This document shows, one piece after another, positions 44,243-55,888 of a DNA stretch of 64,000 nt (positions within the stretch are counted from its first letter, which is position 1; each line of letters starts with the position of its first letter). Source of the DNA: a bacterium (GTDB taxonomy: Bacteria; SAR324; NAC60-12); assembly GCA_965205865.1 (NCBI GenBank), contig CBDBHR010000029.1, forward strand, positions 64,001 through 128,000, in the 5' to 3' direction. Made by a program: the position numbers and the translations under genes. A model generated the notes under the pieces. That model saw only the letters and a program-made list of their open reading frames with translations, was not told the origin of the DNA and did not search any database.

Positions 44243-45484
44243 ATGGAAGTCATCAATAATACGATGTACTTAGGGGGAATTTCTGTTGAAGAATTGATGC
44301 AGGAATACGGTTCTCCCTTGTATGTCTATGAAGAGCAAATCCTTCGCTCCCGATTTCGCATACTGAAGCAGAGTTTTCCAGGAATTTCTTTGCAGATCCA
44401 CTATGCCATGAAAGCCAACCCCAATCCGGCTTTGCTGCAAATTCTCAAGGAAGAGGGAGCGTGGGTGGATACAGTTTCCCCTTGGGAAGCCCAATTGGCA
44501 TTGGATGTTGGATTTCCACCCGAGCATATCTTGTTCACGGGCAATAACGTTCCTCTTTGCGAAATCGATTATTGTCTGAAGAGACGAATACCTGTCAATA
44601 TCGAGTCGCTATCGCTGTTGAAGCAATTCGGACAATCGTATCGGGGAGGATCACTTTCCTTGCGTATCAATCCTGGCATCGGGAGTGGACACCACGCTCA
44701 CTGCATCACAGGCGGACCTCTCTCCAAATTTGGTATATATCACGATCAACTGGCGCAGGCAGAGGAATTGCTGCAACAATACGATCTCTCCCTGACAGGC
44801 ATTCATGCTCATATCGGTACTGGCATTCTCGACCCGGAACCCATGCTGGAAGCAATGTCCCTGATCTTGTCCATTGCCAGGCGGTTTCCCGGATTGCAAT
44901 TCATTGATATTGGCGGAGGTTTTGGCATTCCATACCATCCCCGGCAGTCTCCCCTGGATATTTCCACGCTGGGTGCCGGCATCGCCGGTCGTTTTCTGCA
45001 ATTTTGTGAAGAATATGGCGCCTCTTTGGATATGAAAATCGAACCGGGACGATTCTTGATCGGTTCTGCAGGGACGCTCTTAGCAACCGTCAATAATATC
45101 AAAAAGACGCCTCGATACCAATTTGTAGGTGTCGATACGGGGTTCAACCATCTGCTACGACCCGCTCTCTATGGCGCCTATCATCGCCTTTGCAATGCTT
45201 CCTGCGTGGAAGGGAATCCCACACCTATGGTTTTAGCAGGAAATATTTGTGAAACCGGAGACGTGCTGACTCATACGTCTGAAGGGATCAGCGAGCAACA
45301 CCTTCCAACTCCGGGGCTCGGAGACCGGGTTGCCATTTTGGACGCGGGCGCCTATGGAATGGCCATGAGTTCTCAATATAACCTGCGTCCTCGCCCTGCA
45401 GAAATTTTGGTGAATAACGGACAGTCTTCTTTGATCCGGAAACGGGAAACATACGAGGATTTGACCCGGGGGTTTATCAGGTGA
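44243..45484 (+). CDS. lysA: Diaminopimelate decarboxylase
   Basis: YAMKAN, SKFG, HIGT, EPGR, GNICETGD and GAYG. Confidence 0.93.
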   Translation: MEVINNTMYLGGISVEELMQEYGSPLYVYEEQILRSRFRILKQSFPGISLQIHYAMKANPNPALLQILKEEGAWVDTVSPWEAQLALDVGFPPEHILFTGNNVPLCEIDYCLKRRIPVNIESLSLLKQFGQSYRGGSLSLRINPGIGSGHHAHCITGGPLSKFGIYHDQLAQAEELLQQYDLSLTGIHAHIGTGILDPEPMLEAMSLILSIARRFPGLQFIDIGGGFGIPYHPRQSPLDISTLGAGIAGRFLQFCEEYGASLDMKIEPGRFLIGSAGTLLATVNNIKKTPRYQFVGVDTGFNHLLRPALYGAYHRLCNASCVEGNPTPMVLAGNICETGDVLTHTSEGISEQHLPTPGLGDRVAILDAGAYGMAMSSQYNLRPRPAEILVNNGQSSLIRKRETYEDLTRGFIR

Positions 45485-45619
45485 TAGGCCTTTACCCCTC
45501 CGAAATCTCCCATACTCTTTTTCAAGAGGATGTACTGCTTCGTTAGATTGTACCCCTCGGCATCATCTCGAGCGCGGGGAGATATCTTTAAAATTTCTCA
45601 CGTTATTGTAGAATTGGTA

Positions 45620-46912
45620 TTACAAAAGGGCCAATAGTACGCCAGCAGCCACTGCGGAGCCAACCACTCCGGAAACATTGGGACCCATGGCATGCATGAG
45701 CAGAAAATTTTGAGAATTGGATTCCAAACCCACCTTGTTGACAACTCGTGCCGCCATGGGAACTGCAGACACTCCGGCAGCGCCAATCAGAGGGTTGATC
45801 GGAGTTTTCAGAATTTTGTTCATTACTTTGGCCATCAATACGCCAGCAGCTGTTCCTATGCAAAAAGCGAGCATCCCCAGCGTCAGAATACCTAACGTTT
45901 CGATATTGAGAAATTGTTGAGACGATAACTTACTTCCCACCCCCAATCCCAGAAAAATAGTAAAGGAGTTGATCAGGGCATTTTGTACGGTATGCGAAAG
46001 ACGATCGACCACGCCGCATTCTTTTAGCAGATTGCCGAACATCAGCATTCCAATCAAAGGAGCTGCCGATGGAAGCAAGAGGATGCACAGTCCCAGAACA
46101 GCCAGAGGGAAGAGGATTTTTTCCAGACGGGAAACATAGCGCAACTGCAACATCACAATGCTCCGTTCTTTCTCGCTGGTCAGCCATTTCATGATGGGAG
46201 GCTGAATGATGGGCACCAGAGCCATGTAAGAATAAGCTGCCACTGCAATCGAACCCAGCAGACGTGGTGAAAGCTGACTGGCCAGAAAGATTGCAGTAGG
46301 CCCATCGGCTCCCCCAATGATCCCAATAGCGGCGGCATCACGCAGGGTAAAATTGATTCCGGGAACGCTGTTCAAAATCAGCGCACCCATTAGTGTGCTG
46401 AAAATACCAAATTGCGCCGCACCTCCCAGCAGCGCCATTTTGGGATTGGCGATCATCGGACCGAAGTCAGTCAAGGCGCCCACACCCATGAATATCAGCA
46501 ATGGTAGCACCCCCGTGTTGATTCCCAAGTCTGCTATATACCTCAGCAACCCGCCCGCTTCCGCCAAACCAGCCAAGGGGATATTGGCAAGAATGCTTCC
46601 AAAGCCAATGGGGATCAGTAAGAGAGGCTCAAATTTTTTTACAATCCCCAGAAAAAGCAGCAATCCTCCGGTACCGATCATTAACACCTTTCCCAATCCC
46701 TTTGTCCAATGAGATTGGTGTCCTGAAAAGAAAGAGGCAATACCGGTCGTTTTATAAAGTTTCTCCGTTAGTTCCTGGAAGGAAGGCAATCGGGTGGGCG
46801 CCTTTTTTTCCTGAGTTCCCCCTTTTTGTGGAGCATCACTTTCAACCCGTTCTTGGGCCATTGCCGGTGCCATCAAAAAAATGAGAGACAGCACCAATAA
46901 GACAAATTTCAT
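45620..46912 (-). CDS. oadB: Na+-translocating decarboxylase beta subunit
   Basis: [19 protein letters not shown] and HAMGPNVSG. Confidence 0.95.
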   Translation of the reverse strand: MKFVLLVLSLIFLMAPAMAQERVESDAPQKGGTQEKKAPTRLPSFQELTEKLYKTTGIASFFSGHQSHWTKGLGKVLMIGTGGLLLFLGIVKKFEPLLLIPIGFGSILANIPLAGLAEAGGLLRYIADLGINTGVLPLLIFMGVGALTDFGPMIANPKMALLGGAAQFGIFSTLMGALILNSVPGINFTLRDAAAIGIIGGADGPTAIFLASQLSPRLLGSIAVAAYSYMALVPIIQPPIMKWLTSEKERSIVMLQLRYVSRLEKILFPLAVLGLCILLLPSAAPLIGMLMFGNLLKECGVVDRLSHTVQNALINSFTIFLGLGVGSKLSSQQFLNIETLGILTLGMLAFCIGTAAGVLMAKVMNKILKTPINPLIGAAGVSAVPMAARVVNKVGLESNSQNFLLMHAMGPNVSGVVGSAVAAGVLLALL

Positions 46913-46931
46913 CGCGGCAATCTGGTAGGCG

Positions 46932-48716
46932 TCAAGCGATTGTCAGTAAAGGCGCACCAGCGGGAAGAGAATCACCGGCGTTCACATGAATGGCAAGGAT
47001 TTTTCCAGATTGTGGCGCTTTGATTTCAGTTTCCATCTTCATCGCTTCCATCACTAACAGAGGCTGTTCGGCTGTAACCTTATCCCCGGAATTGACAAGG
47101 ATTTTGAGAATATTGCCTGGTGTGGGCGCTGCAATCGTTTCTCCTTGGGCAACAGGCGCGACGTCAGAAGACACAAGAGCGGGGTTGGCCAGGAGAGTTC
47201 CATCACCGGAGGAGATGGAGACTTGGTAGACCCGACCATCTACTGAAATCACGTAATTGCGGGGGCCCTCACTTGGAGAAGAGGGTTCAGGCTTTTTTTC
47301 TACGGCCGTCGGAGGAGGAGATTCATCACTTTTCTTACGGATATTCAATTTGGCTTTACCCATTAGAAAATCCAAGCCCTTGCTTTCACAACTGGCAATG
47401 ATAAAGAGGTTTTCATCTGTCAACGGAAGCCGGTTTTCCTGCAAAATCGTCTTTGCTTTGGGAATCCCAGGTTCCAACACGTCCAAAGGATCTTCTTTGA
47501 AGACGGGTTTACCCAGCTGTTCGGCAGCAAGCTCAACAATTTCGGGATCCGGTTCCACAGGAGTGGATCCAAAGTATCCCAATACCATGTTGCCATACCC
47601 CTCTGTGATTTTCTTCCATTTTCCCAAGGTAGTATTGGCATAGGCCTGTTGGAAATAAAACTGGGAGACGGGAGTCACGGAAGTGGCGAATCCTCCCCGT
47701 CGTACAACTTCCGACATTTCCTTGATCACTTGAGGATAGAGGTGCAGGGTTCCAGTGTCCCGCATCATCATTGTATTGGAAGTCAATGCTCCGCCAGGCA
47801 TGGGAGAGAACGGAATGATGGGAGAAACCATTTTGGCTTCCGGAGGGACATAATAGTCTTGCATGGCCTCCTCGAATACTTCTTCCGCTTGCAAGATCTT
47901 TTCAATATCTATGTCCAAGTCAAAATCAGTGCCTTTGAGCGCCTGCCACATGGAGAGAATATCAGGCTGGCAGGTTCCACCGCTGACTGGGCTTTTGCAA
48001 AGGTCGATCCCGTCGACTCCCCCTTCAAGAGCCGCCATGTTTTGGGAAATCCCCACGCCTGCCGTATCGTGAGTATGAAACCAAAGGACCGTTCCTTGTG
48101 GAACCATTTTGCGAGCGCCCTTCGTCGTCTCATAAATCTTTTGAGGATTGGCGGTCCCACTCGCATCTTTGAAACAAATCGACTGAAAAGGAATGTCCGA
48201 AGCCAGAATTTGTTGGAGACGATCCAAGTAAAACTCAGTCGTGTGCGCCCCTTCACAACCGGGAGGAAGGTCCATCACTGCGATGACGATCTGGTGGTGC
48301 AGTCCGTGGTGGGCAATGCGCTCGCCAGAATAGCGAAGATTGTTGACATCATTCAAGGCATCAAAATTTCGGATCGTGGTGATTCCATGTCTTTTGAACA
48401 TCTTGGCGTGCAAATCGATGATGTCTCGTGGTTGTTGACTGAGCGCAACCACGTTGATTCCTCGCGCGAGAGTCTGTAAATCCGCATTGGATCCTGCAAC
48501 CTCCCGGAAACGATCCATCATGTCAAATGCCGATTCATTACAATAAAAAAACAAACTCTGAAACCGCGCGCCACCTCCTGCTTCAAAATGCTGAATGCCT
48601 GCATCCACGCTTGCCTGTAATGCAGGTAGGAAATCATCAGTCAACACCCTTGCTCCGAAACAGGATTGAAAGCCATCCCGAAAAGACGTGTCCATGAATT
48701 TGACGATCTTTTTCAT
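46932..48716 (-). CDS. oadA: Oxaloacetate decarboxylase alpha subunit (carboxyltransferase plus biotinyl domain)
   Basis: RDGFQS, HTHDT and EAMKM; lies between oadG and oadB. Confidence 0.9.
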   Translation of the reverse strand: MKKIVKFMDTSFRDGFQSCFGARVLTDDFLPALQASVDAGIQHFEAGGGARFQSLFFYCNESAFDMMDRFREVAGSNADLQTLARGINVVALSQQPRDIIDLHAKMFKRHGITTIRNFDALNDVNNLRYSGERIAHHGLHHQIVIAVMDLPPGCEGAHTTEFYLDRLQQILASDIPFQSICFKDASGTANPQKIYETTKGARKMVPQGTVLWFHTHDTAGVGISQNMAALEGGVDGIDLCKSPVSGGTCQPDILSMWQALKGTDFDLDIDIEKILQAEEVFEEAMQDYYVPPEAKMVSPIIPFSPMPGGALTSNTMMMRDTGTLHLYPQVIKEMSEVVRRGGFATSVTPVSQFYFQQAYANTTLGKWKKITEGYGNMVLGYFGSTPVEPDPEIVELAAEQLGKPVFKEDPLDVLEPGIPKAKTILQENRLPLTDENLFIIASCESKGLDFLMGKAKLNIRKKSDESPPPTAVEKKPEPSSPSEGPRNYVISVDGRVYQVSISSGDGTLLANPALVSSDVAPVAQGETIAAPTPGNILKILVNSGDKVTAEQPLLVMEAMKMETEIKAPQSGKILAIHVNAGDSLPAGAPLLTIA

Positions 48717-48813
48717 ATTTCAGTCCATCAATAAATTAAAAAATCCCCGGAAAATCATTGCGCGTGCTTCTCAGGAAAATACCAGTTGAGTTCGTTTGCA
48801 GTGTCAACGCCAT

Positions 48814-49071
48814 TCACATCTGTCCCTTTTTATCCCGATCGGATTCGAAAGCACTGATTGCAGCCGCGAAAACAGCAATGGGGATCTCTTCTTGTGGAGA
48901 AGCAATTGCATCAGATTTTCCGAATTTTTCCATTTTCAGCAATTCCTCTTCCCTCTTGGTCTCATGACGGCTCATCCAGGCAATACCCTGTAAGCAATAA
49001 ACCATCATTGTTAAAAACAAACCAACGGTACCCATTCCGATGATCATCAATTTGAACCCTTCCAGTAACAT
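48814..49071 (-). CDS. oadG: OadG-family gamma subunit
   Basis: LMIIGMGTVGLFL..IAVFAAAI. Confidence 0.85.
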   Translation of the reverse strand: MLLEGFKLMIIGMGTVGLFLTMMVYCLQGIAWMSRHETKREEELLKMEKFGKSDAIASPQEEIPIAVFAAAISAFESDRDKKGQM

Positions 49072-49368
49072 GTCTTTCCGAAATTTTTTGATGGTGTTTG
49101 GATGACGCGCTGAAAATTGACCCGAACTCTAACACATTTCATAAGAAAATATAGATTTCCGGAAATTTTTCTTTGCCGTGAAGTGAAGGTCTCACTCACA
49201 ATGCGGGAGTAGAGACGCCCCTTCAATTCCATATTGAATTTCCCTTCGCCATCCAGTGGAAAAAAAAGCTCCTGCTCGCAATGCAACAGATATTTTCGAC
49301 TTTCATTTTGAGGATTTTTTCAGTATAATAAAATTTTCGTTTTTCAACAATCAATATTAGGAGGATCT

Positions 49369-50028
49369 ATGTCGCTGCGAATCAATGACGAAGCACCGAA
49401 TTTTACGGCAGAAACTACCGAAGGCACCATCGATTTCCACCAGTGGATTGGAGATCAGTGGGCTATTCTTTTTTCCCATCCGAAAGATTTTACTCCCGTT
49501 TGCACAACCGAATTGGGTTACATGGCAGGCTTGGCTTCCGAATTTGCCAAGCGGAATTGTAAAGTGATCGGCCTCAGTGTGGATCCTGTCACAAATCATC
49601 GAGGTTGGGCCAAAGACATTGAAGAAACCCAAGGACACGCGATCAATTATCCGTTGATTGGTGACACGGGTCTGGCTGTTGCAAAAATCTACAACATGCT
49701 CCCTGCCGAGGAAACAGGTACCTCGGAAGGGAGAACTGCGGCGACCAACGCCACTGTACGTTCTGTATTTATCATCGGTCCAGACAAAAAAATCAAATTG
49801 ATGCTCACTTATCCCATGACCACGGGTCGTAATTTTGATGAGATCTTGAGAGTTCTGGATTCGATGCAACTCACTGCGAAACATAAAGTGGCGACTCCGG
49901 TGAATTGGCAAGATGGTGACGAAGTCATCATCGTCCCCACTGTTAGCAATGATGAAGCCCAAGGTATGTTCCCGGAAGGTTGGAAAACCGTGAAGCCTTA
50001 CCTTCGCTTGGTCAAACAACCTCAGTGA
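49369..50028 (+). CDS. 1-Cys peroxiredoxin (Prx6)
   Basis: FSHPKDFTPVCTTE. Confidence 0.95.
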   Translation: MSLRINDEAPNFTAETTEGTIDFHQWIGDQWAILFSHPKDFTPVCTTELGYMAGLASEFAKRNCKVIGLSVDPVTNHRGWAKDIEETQGHAINYPLIGDTGLAVAKIYNMLPAEETGTSEGRTAATNATVRSVFIIGPDKKIKLMLTYPMTTGRNFDEILRVLDSMQLTAKHKVATPVNWQDGDEVIIVPTVSNDEAQGMFPEGWKTVKPYLRLVKQPQ

Positions 50029-50132
50029 TTGCTTTTCTTGGTATTCCTCCCTGCAAATGGCGCAGGAAATACCTCGCTTGGAACCGAATTTGATTTCTAG
50101 TTGAATCGAGGTAGTCAAACATGAGATCAATT

Positions 50133-50169
50133 ATAGGCTAATTCAAAATTAAAACTTGAATTAGCCTAT
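50133..50169. promoter_or_regulatory. Perfect 14-bp inverted repeat upstream of the AAA ATPase gene
   Basis: ATAGGCTAATTCAA-N9-TTGAATTAGCCTAT. Confidence 0.5.
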
Positions 50170-50190
50170 TTTATCATGTAGGTTTCGATC

Positions 50191-51429
50191 ATGATTATTC
50201 ATCGAGACCTCGCCCCTATGTTGGAGAAGGCAGCAGAGACATGGCCTTCTATCACACTCACCGGCCCTCGCCAAAGCGGCAAGACAACGTTATGTCGGGA
50301 CTTGTTTTCGCAGCATTTGTATACGACCCTTGAGGCTCCGGATACACGTGCTTTTGCAACGAATGATCCACGAGCATTCCTGGTACAATTTCCTCTGGGA
50401 GCAATCATTGATGAGGTGCAACGTGTGCCTGATCTAATTTCTTATTTACAGGGAGTGATTGATGCGGATCCTGCGCATGGAAGATGGATCTTGACAGGTT
50501 CGCAAAACTTTTCCCTGCTCGAGTCGGTCAGCCAATCTTTAGCTGGACGGACGGCGGTACATCATTTGCTGCCGCTTAGCCGTAGCGAAATCATACGCTT
50601 TGCAAAGCATCCAAAGACTCTTGACGAGACTCTCTATGCTGGATCTTACCCTCGCATATTCGATCATGAACTCAACCCATCGGACTAGCTTCGCTCATTT
50701 GTTGCAACCTATATTGAACGTGATGTGCGCACGATCAGCAATGTGGGTGATCTAACGACATTTCAGCGATTCCTTGAATTGTGTGCCGGCCGCTCGGCGC
50801 AGTTGTTGAACTTCTCTTCTTTGGCGGACGACTGTGGAATATCCCAACCGAGCGCCAAAGCATGGCTTAGCATTCTGCAAACCAGTTTTGTCGTTTTTTG
50901 TCTTCCGGCATTTCACTCCAATTTGCGAAAGCGGCTTGTGAAGTTGCCCAAGCTTTACTTCTACGACACGGGCCTCCTTTGCTGGATGTTGGGTATCCGG
51001 TCTCCCGAGCAACTTCGCGCGCATCCACTTCGAGGTCCTATATTTGAGACCTGGGTGGTTGCGGAAGTCCTGAAGCACCGCACCAATCTTGGAGAAACAG
51101 GTGGTCTGTCGTTTTATCGAGATCGCAACGGAGCCGAGGTCGATTTGATTATCGAAGATGCGTCCCGTACCATCCTGGTCGAAGCCAAATCCTGCGAAAC
51201 GGCATCATCAAATTTGTTCAATGGAACACGACGTGTCTGGAAACATTTCACGCAGTCGCCCCACCCCACCGACGTCGTTGTCGTTTACGGCGGCGATCAA
51301 TTCCAGCAACGATCAATTGGAAGATTGATTCCGTGGCACAAGATCCATCAGTCCGAATTTTTTAAAAAAAGGACTATCGAGGAATCCGGCCTTCCAGGGG
51401 GTAGGCGGGATCGTTGTAGCCAGCAGTAG
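50191..51429 (+). pseudogene. AAA_14 ATPase with DUF4143, in-frame TAG at 50686
   Basis: GPRQSGKT, IIDEVQ, LAGR, KLYFYDTG and EVD..VEAK; both ORFs share one frame. Confidence 0.88.
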
Positions 51430-52295
51430 AGGGATGACCGGGTGTGACCAATTCATCAACCAGCGCTTCATCTTCAGCAGTGAAGGTATAATTGAGAGCG
51501 CCTAGGTATTCGTCCCACTGAGTTTCCGTCCGGGGACCGGAAATAGTACCTGTCACCAACCGATTATTCAACACCCAGGCGACTGCAAACTGGCCTGCCG
51601 TGATGCCGCGCTCTTCTGCATGGATTTTGAATTTTTGCGCAATCGTCAGGGATTCTTCCCGCCATTCCGTCTGCAACATCCGTCTGTCCTGGCGTCCTGC
51701 CCTGGTTCCTTCGGGAGCTTCCAAATTGACGCCATACTTGCCGGTCAAGACTCCACGTGCCAATGGGCTGTAAGGGAAAACACCCAAGCCGTAATAATGA
51801 CAAGCCGGTAAGTGCTCGGCTTCCGGCATACGGTTCATGGCATTGTAGGAGGGTTGACTGACCACCGGACGGTCGATTCCCAGTTGATCACAAAGATGTA
51901 CCATCTCAGCAACTCGCCATGAGCGGAAATTGCTTAACCCAAAATGAAGAATTTTTCCCTGCCGGATCAAATCTCCGATGGCGTGCGCAGTCTCTTCCAA
52001 TGGCGTGGAGGGGTCTTCTCTGTGTAAATAGTAGATATCGATATAGTTGGTTCCCAATCGTTTTAAACTGTTCTCGGCAGCTTCCATGATCCATTTGCGG
52101 TTCAACCCCTTTTGGTTGGGACTCTCTCCCATGGGATTGGCCACTTTGGTGGCGAGCACCCACCATGAACGATCCTCAGCAATGAGTTTTCCGGTGACCT
52201 CTTCGGAAATTCCCTTGTTGTAGACGTCTGCTGTGTCAATGAAATTGATGCCAGAGTTTCGTGCGCTGTCCGTGATTCGTTTAGAGGTGGCGACG
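51374..52295 (-). pseudogene. Aldo/keto reductase lacking its N-terminus
   Basis: The frame extends upstream through GINFIDTADVY but has no start codon or first beta-hairpin before a TAA. Confidence 0.75.
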
Positions 52296-52526
52296 GGAAA
52301 AGCTTTTTCACTTGACAGGTTTACAAGATAATTGCTAATTGATGATTTTCTGCCGTTATATTACCCAGCCAGGGTTTAACATCCGGCTTCTTGCGGCATT
52401 GTTAAAAAAGTAACACTCCATGATACCCTTGGCTTGGTGGGGTAGGTCATTAAAAATTTTAATAATTGGTTGGAGGATCGTTATCTCCATCAGCAATTGT
52501 CACAGAGTTGAAATATAGCAGATGCT

Positions 52527-53546
52527 ATGAAATGGACAGTGGCGACATTAGCGAAGCAATTGGAGCTCACCTTTGCTGGCGATGGCAGTAAAAAAATCAC
52601 TCATGCATGCGGTTTGGAAAGCAATATCCCTCACGGAATCTCTTATGTGGAAAATGAAAATTTTGTCGCAAGAGCTCTCGGTTCGACAGTGGAAATCCTT
52701 ATTAGTCAGGAGCCTGTCGAGTTGCCGGGAAAAATCCGCATTTTCGCTCCCTTTCCTAAACTCACCATGATTACGGTGACGCAGCTATTGCATCCCGACA
52801 AAACCTTTCCGCATCATATACACCACTCTGTAGTTCAGGGACAGGGCGTGCAGTTGGGGAAAAACATTTACATAGGAGCCGGTGTAACTATCGGTCACGG
52901 CACAAAGATTGGTGAGAATTCTGTGGTTATGGAAGGAACTGTCATCGGAGATGATTGCGAAATCGGCAGAGAATGCCAAATTCATTCTAATGTGACTATT
53001 CTGGACGGTACTCGTGTTGGCAATCGAGTGGTGATCAATGCCGGTAGCGTCGTGGGATCGCAAGGATTCGGATTTGTAACCCACCAGGGCAAGCATCACA
53101 AAATTCCTCAAGTGGGCAAGGTGCGCATTGAAGACGACGTGGAGATTGGGGCATGCAATACAATAGATCGGGGACGGTTTGGAATCACCCGCATCGGACG
53201 TGGTACAAAAACCGACAACTTGGTCCATATCGGACATAACGTGGAAATTGGAGAAGATTCCTTGATAGTCGGCATGGTTGGATTTGCCGGAAGCACCAAA
53301 ACAGGACACCATCTGACAATAGGAGGACAGGCGATGCTGGATGGGCATTTGACCCTCGGCAATCATGTCACGGTGAGTGCCAAATCGTTGTTGGCCAAGA
53401 ACGTGGGAGATGGCGAACATTATTCCGGTATCCCCGCACGGCCCCACCAAAAGTGGTTGCGGGCAAATGGCTATCTCTATAGATTGCAACAGATATTTGA
53501 GTTTATCAAAAAATTCAAGAAAGACCCTTTGCCTGAAGAAGAGTAA
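52527..53546 (+). CDS. lpxD: UDP-3-O-acylglucosamine N-acyltransferase
   Basis: Hexapeptide repeats, GFGF, EIGA..IDRG and DNLVHIGHNV. Confidence 0.95.
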   Translation: MKWTVATLAKQLELTFAGDGSKKITHACGLESNIPHGISYVENENFVARALGSTVEILISQEPVELPGKIRIFAPFPKLTMITVTQLLHPDKTFPHHIHHSVVQGQGVQLGKNIYIGAGVTIGHGTKIGENSVVMEGTVIGDDCEIGRECQIHSNVTILDGTRVGNRVVINAGSVVGSQGFGFVTHQGKHHKIPQVGKVRIEDDVEIGACNTIDRGRFGITRIGRGTKTDNLVHIGHNVEIGEDSLIVGMVGFAGSTKTGHHLTIGGQAMLDGHLTLGNHVTVSAKSLLAKNVGDGEHYSGIPARPHQKWLRANGYLYRLQQIFEFIKKFKKDPLPEEE

Positions 53547-53557
53547 TCCGGACTCTC

Positions 53558-54040
53558 CTAACAGCCCGTGGTGGCGGCCATGCGGATCGCAGTTTCCCGT
53601 CCCCGGTAATAACCGGGAATTCGCTTGATTTCCCGATAACCCAATGCGTGATAAAAAGCCAACCCCTCCTCATTGGTTTCGCGAAGTTCCAAAAAAATGT
53701 TAGGAATACCTATCGCTGCTGCTGAGGATTTTACAAATGTCACCAAGTCCTGTCCGATTCCTTTACGTTGATAGGATTTCGAGACAGCCAGCAAATCCAA
53801 ATGGGCGGTCTTATCCAGAAATCTCGTGATGGTAAAACCTTGTACTTTTTGTTCAGCCCTTGCCACCACGACCATAGAGCTTGTCAGGCAAATGTGCTTA
53901 CTCACCCGCGCCGGTGTCCAGGACCAACCCAAGCCATCCTCTATGAGATCCCGGGAGAGGAAGGCAATCGTTTCTGCGTCTTCCGGCTTTCCCAATTCCA
54001 GTTTGACACCTTGATGTTGGCTAAAACGCGTTAAATACAT
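53558..54040 (-). CDS. GNAT acetyltransferase (RimI-like)
   Basis: LAVSKSYQRKGIG..LELRETN..FY..GY. Confidence 0.85.
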   Translation of the reverse strand: MYLTRFSQHQGVKLELGKPEDAETIAFLSRDLIEDGLGWSWTPARVSKHICLTSSMVVVARAEQKVQGFTITRFLDKTAHLDLLAVSKSYQRKGIGQDLVTFVKSSAAAIGIPNIFLELRETNEEGLAFYHALGYREIKRIPGYYRGRETAIRMAATTGC

Positions 54041-54954
54041 TGAAATCCTTGAAATGGCATTCCCGGAGGCCTCTGTAGCCAATTGTCCGCGGGATAATCG
54101 CATTCGGCATCAATCACGTGGATGGAATAAGCATGCCTGGAACGTGAAGTACGATTCTCCCGGCTCATGTGAGGGAGTGAACCATGGAGGATGATCAGGC
54201 TGCCTTGCGGGACCTCGAGGGGAATCAGTTTTTCCATGGGCCAGGGGCCTTTATCATAGATTTCAAATTGCGACTTCCCTCGTGGCTTTCTCAAGAATCG
54301 GGACTTGATTCCGGCATGGTGAACTCCTGGCAAAACCCACAGGCAGCCATTCTCGATCGTTGCGTCTTGTAGAGCAAACCATAAACCGACGACACTCATA
54401 GGCTCTGTGTAGAGAAAGCTGCTGTCCTGGTGGCATTGCACCTCTCCTCCAATACGAGGCTGTTTGAAAATATACATGGATTGCGCCAGCAGAGGAGTCT
54501 TGATTCCCAAATCCCGGACAATCTCTTCCAGGTGTTTATTGCAAGAGAATTGCCGAAATAGCGGGTCCAGTTCATGAAGCGCGTGGCCAATCTTATTGAT
54601 TGATTGTTCTTTAGCTTGTTTTAGTTGCCCCTCTGCAGTGAAACCATCTTCCTCAAAGAAAAAACGGATCTTGTCCCCGGATTCCATGAAGTACGTATCG
54701 GAAGTCTCAGTTTGATTTTTAGTTGAAAAAATGGAAATCGATTCGGGTTCGAATTGATGCGCTAATTCGTTGGCTCTCTGGCGCAATCCCTTGCAGAAAA
54801 TCGGGTCCACAAAATCTTCGAGGTACAAATAGCCATTTTCATGGAAAAACCGGGTTTGTCGTATACTCAAATACAATGGATCTGCTTGCATTTTATCAAG
54901 ATCAGGACTGTTTTTTAAAAGAGAAAGGTCTTCAGAACTCCTCTCCGGGGTCAA
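54031..54954 (-). CDS. Phytanoyl-CoA dioxygenase family (PHYHD1-like)
   Basis: QSMYIFKQPRIGGEV..HQD..H..R; start codon uncertain. Confidence 0.9.
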   Translation of the reverse strand: MTPERSSEDLSLLKNSPDLDKMQADPLYLSIRQTRFFHENGYLYLEDFVDPIFCKGLRQRANELAHQFEPESISIFSTKNQTETSDTYFMESGDKIRFFFEEDGFTAEGQLKQAKEQSINKIGHALHELDPLFRQFSCNKHLEEIVRDLGIKTPLLAQSMYIFKQPRIGGEVQCHQDSSFLYTEPMSVVGLWFALQDATIENGCLWVLPGVHHAGIKSRFLRKPRGKSQFEIYDKGPWPMEKLIPLEVPQGSLIILHGSLPHMSRENRTSRSRHAYSIHVIDAECDYPADNWLQRPPGMPFQGFQCI

Positions 54955-55360
54955 AATTACGCGTCTTTTTGATTTGAGCTCTTCGGTTTTTTTTCTCTAT
55001 CCTTTTTTGCAATGTTGCCAAGCTTGGTTTTGTGGGTTTGCGGCGTTTTGGTTGGACCAGGGCTTCGCGTATCAGTGATCTCAGCCTGTCTAAGGCGTCC
55101 TGGCGGTTTTGTGTCTGGGTGCGGAATTTTTTGGCTTCGATAAGAAGTACGTCTTTTTCCGTAACCCGGCGTCCGCAGATTTGAATCAACCGTTTTTTAA
55201 CGTCTTTCCTGAGCACTCCGCTATTTCCGATATCAAAACGAAGCTGTACGGCGGTATTGACTTTATTGACGTTCTGCCCTCCAGGACCAGTGGCTTTGAC
55301 GAATTCCAACCGGATTTCATTTTCGGGAATGGAAAAGGATTTGTTGATGATGATGGCCAT
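54932..55360 (-). CDS. arfB: Alternative ribosome rescue factor B
   Basis: GPGGQNVNKV and a basic C-terminal tail. Confidence 0.93.
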   Translation of the reverse strand: MAIIINKSFSIPENEIRLEFVKATGPGGQNVNKVNTAVQLRFDIGNSGVLRKDVKKRLIQICGRRVTEKDVLLIEAKKFRTQTQNRQDALDRLRSLIREALVQPKRRKPTKPSLATLQKRIEKKNRRAQIKKTRNFDPGEEF

Positions 55361-55720
55361 TGAATTTCACAAAAAAATGTCGTTGCAGTGGAACAATTAC
55401 AAAGTACTTTGAGTGGGTCGCCGGAAAAGCTGTTCATCGGGATGTAGCTTGCGGACAGTGTCCTAATTCGCTTCCGGATTGCTGCGCGACGCTGCCAGTT
55501 GCCAATCTAGCATTGAAATTGAAACTTGACAACCACTTGGATTCGCATGCCGAATGCGGCTCCCTTTTTTAAATTAGGCGATGTTCCTCACAACATATCG
55601 CTGGCAATTGATCCTGACCTCCATATAGGATAACCTGTATGGAAATAGCATTTTACGAGGAATTTATATGATTAACTGATGTTACGCGCACGGATTTTGC
55701 AGTTATGCGTCTCATCGAGT

Positions 55721-55805
55721 TGTCATTCCTGCGAAGCTTGTCCTCGCGAGGATGACATATACGCTAGGATACTCATATTATTGAAGATTTATGTCGAACT
55801 CAGGT
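55721..55805. repeat. Right half of MITE family B
   Basis: GTCATTCCTGCG..GAGGATGACATATAC..TTATGTCGAACTCAGGT. Confidence 0.8.
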
Positions 55806-55888
55806 TGATTTAATAATTTCTGCCTCCGGTGAAATTTTAAAGCCTACTAATACAGATACAGGAAAATCTCGAAAGCGGGGAGAAACCA

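Noticed and set aside
3603-50688. Stop-codon reassignment or readthrough explaining the in-frame stops
   Set aside because: The lesions involve TAA, TGA and TAG alike, and all three terminate intact genes.
55361-55700. ncRNA or riboswitch upstream of arfB
   Set aside because: No recognisable motif; more likely degraded or intergenic DNA.
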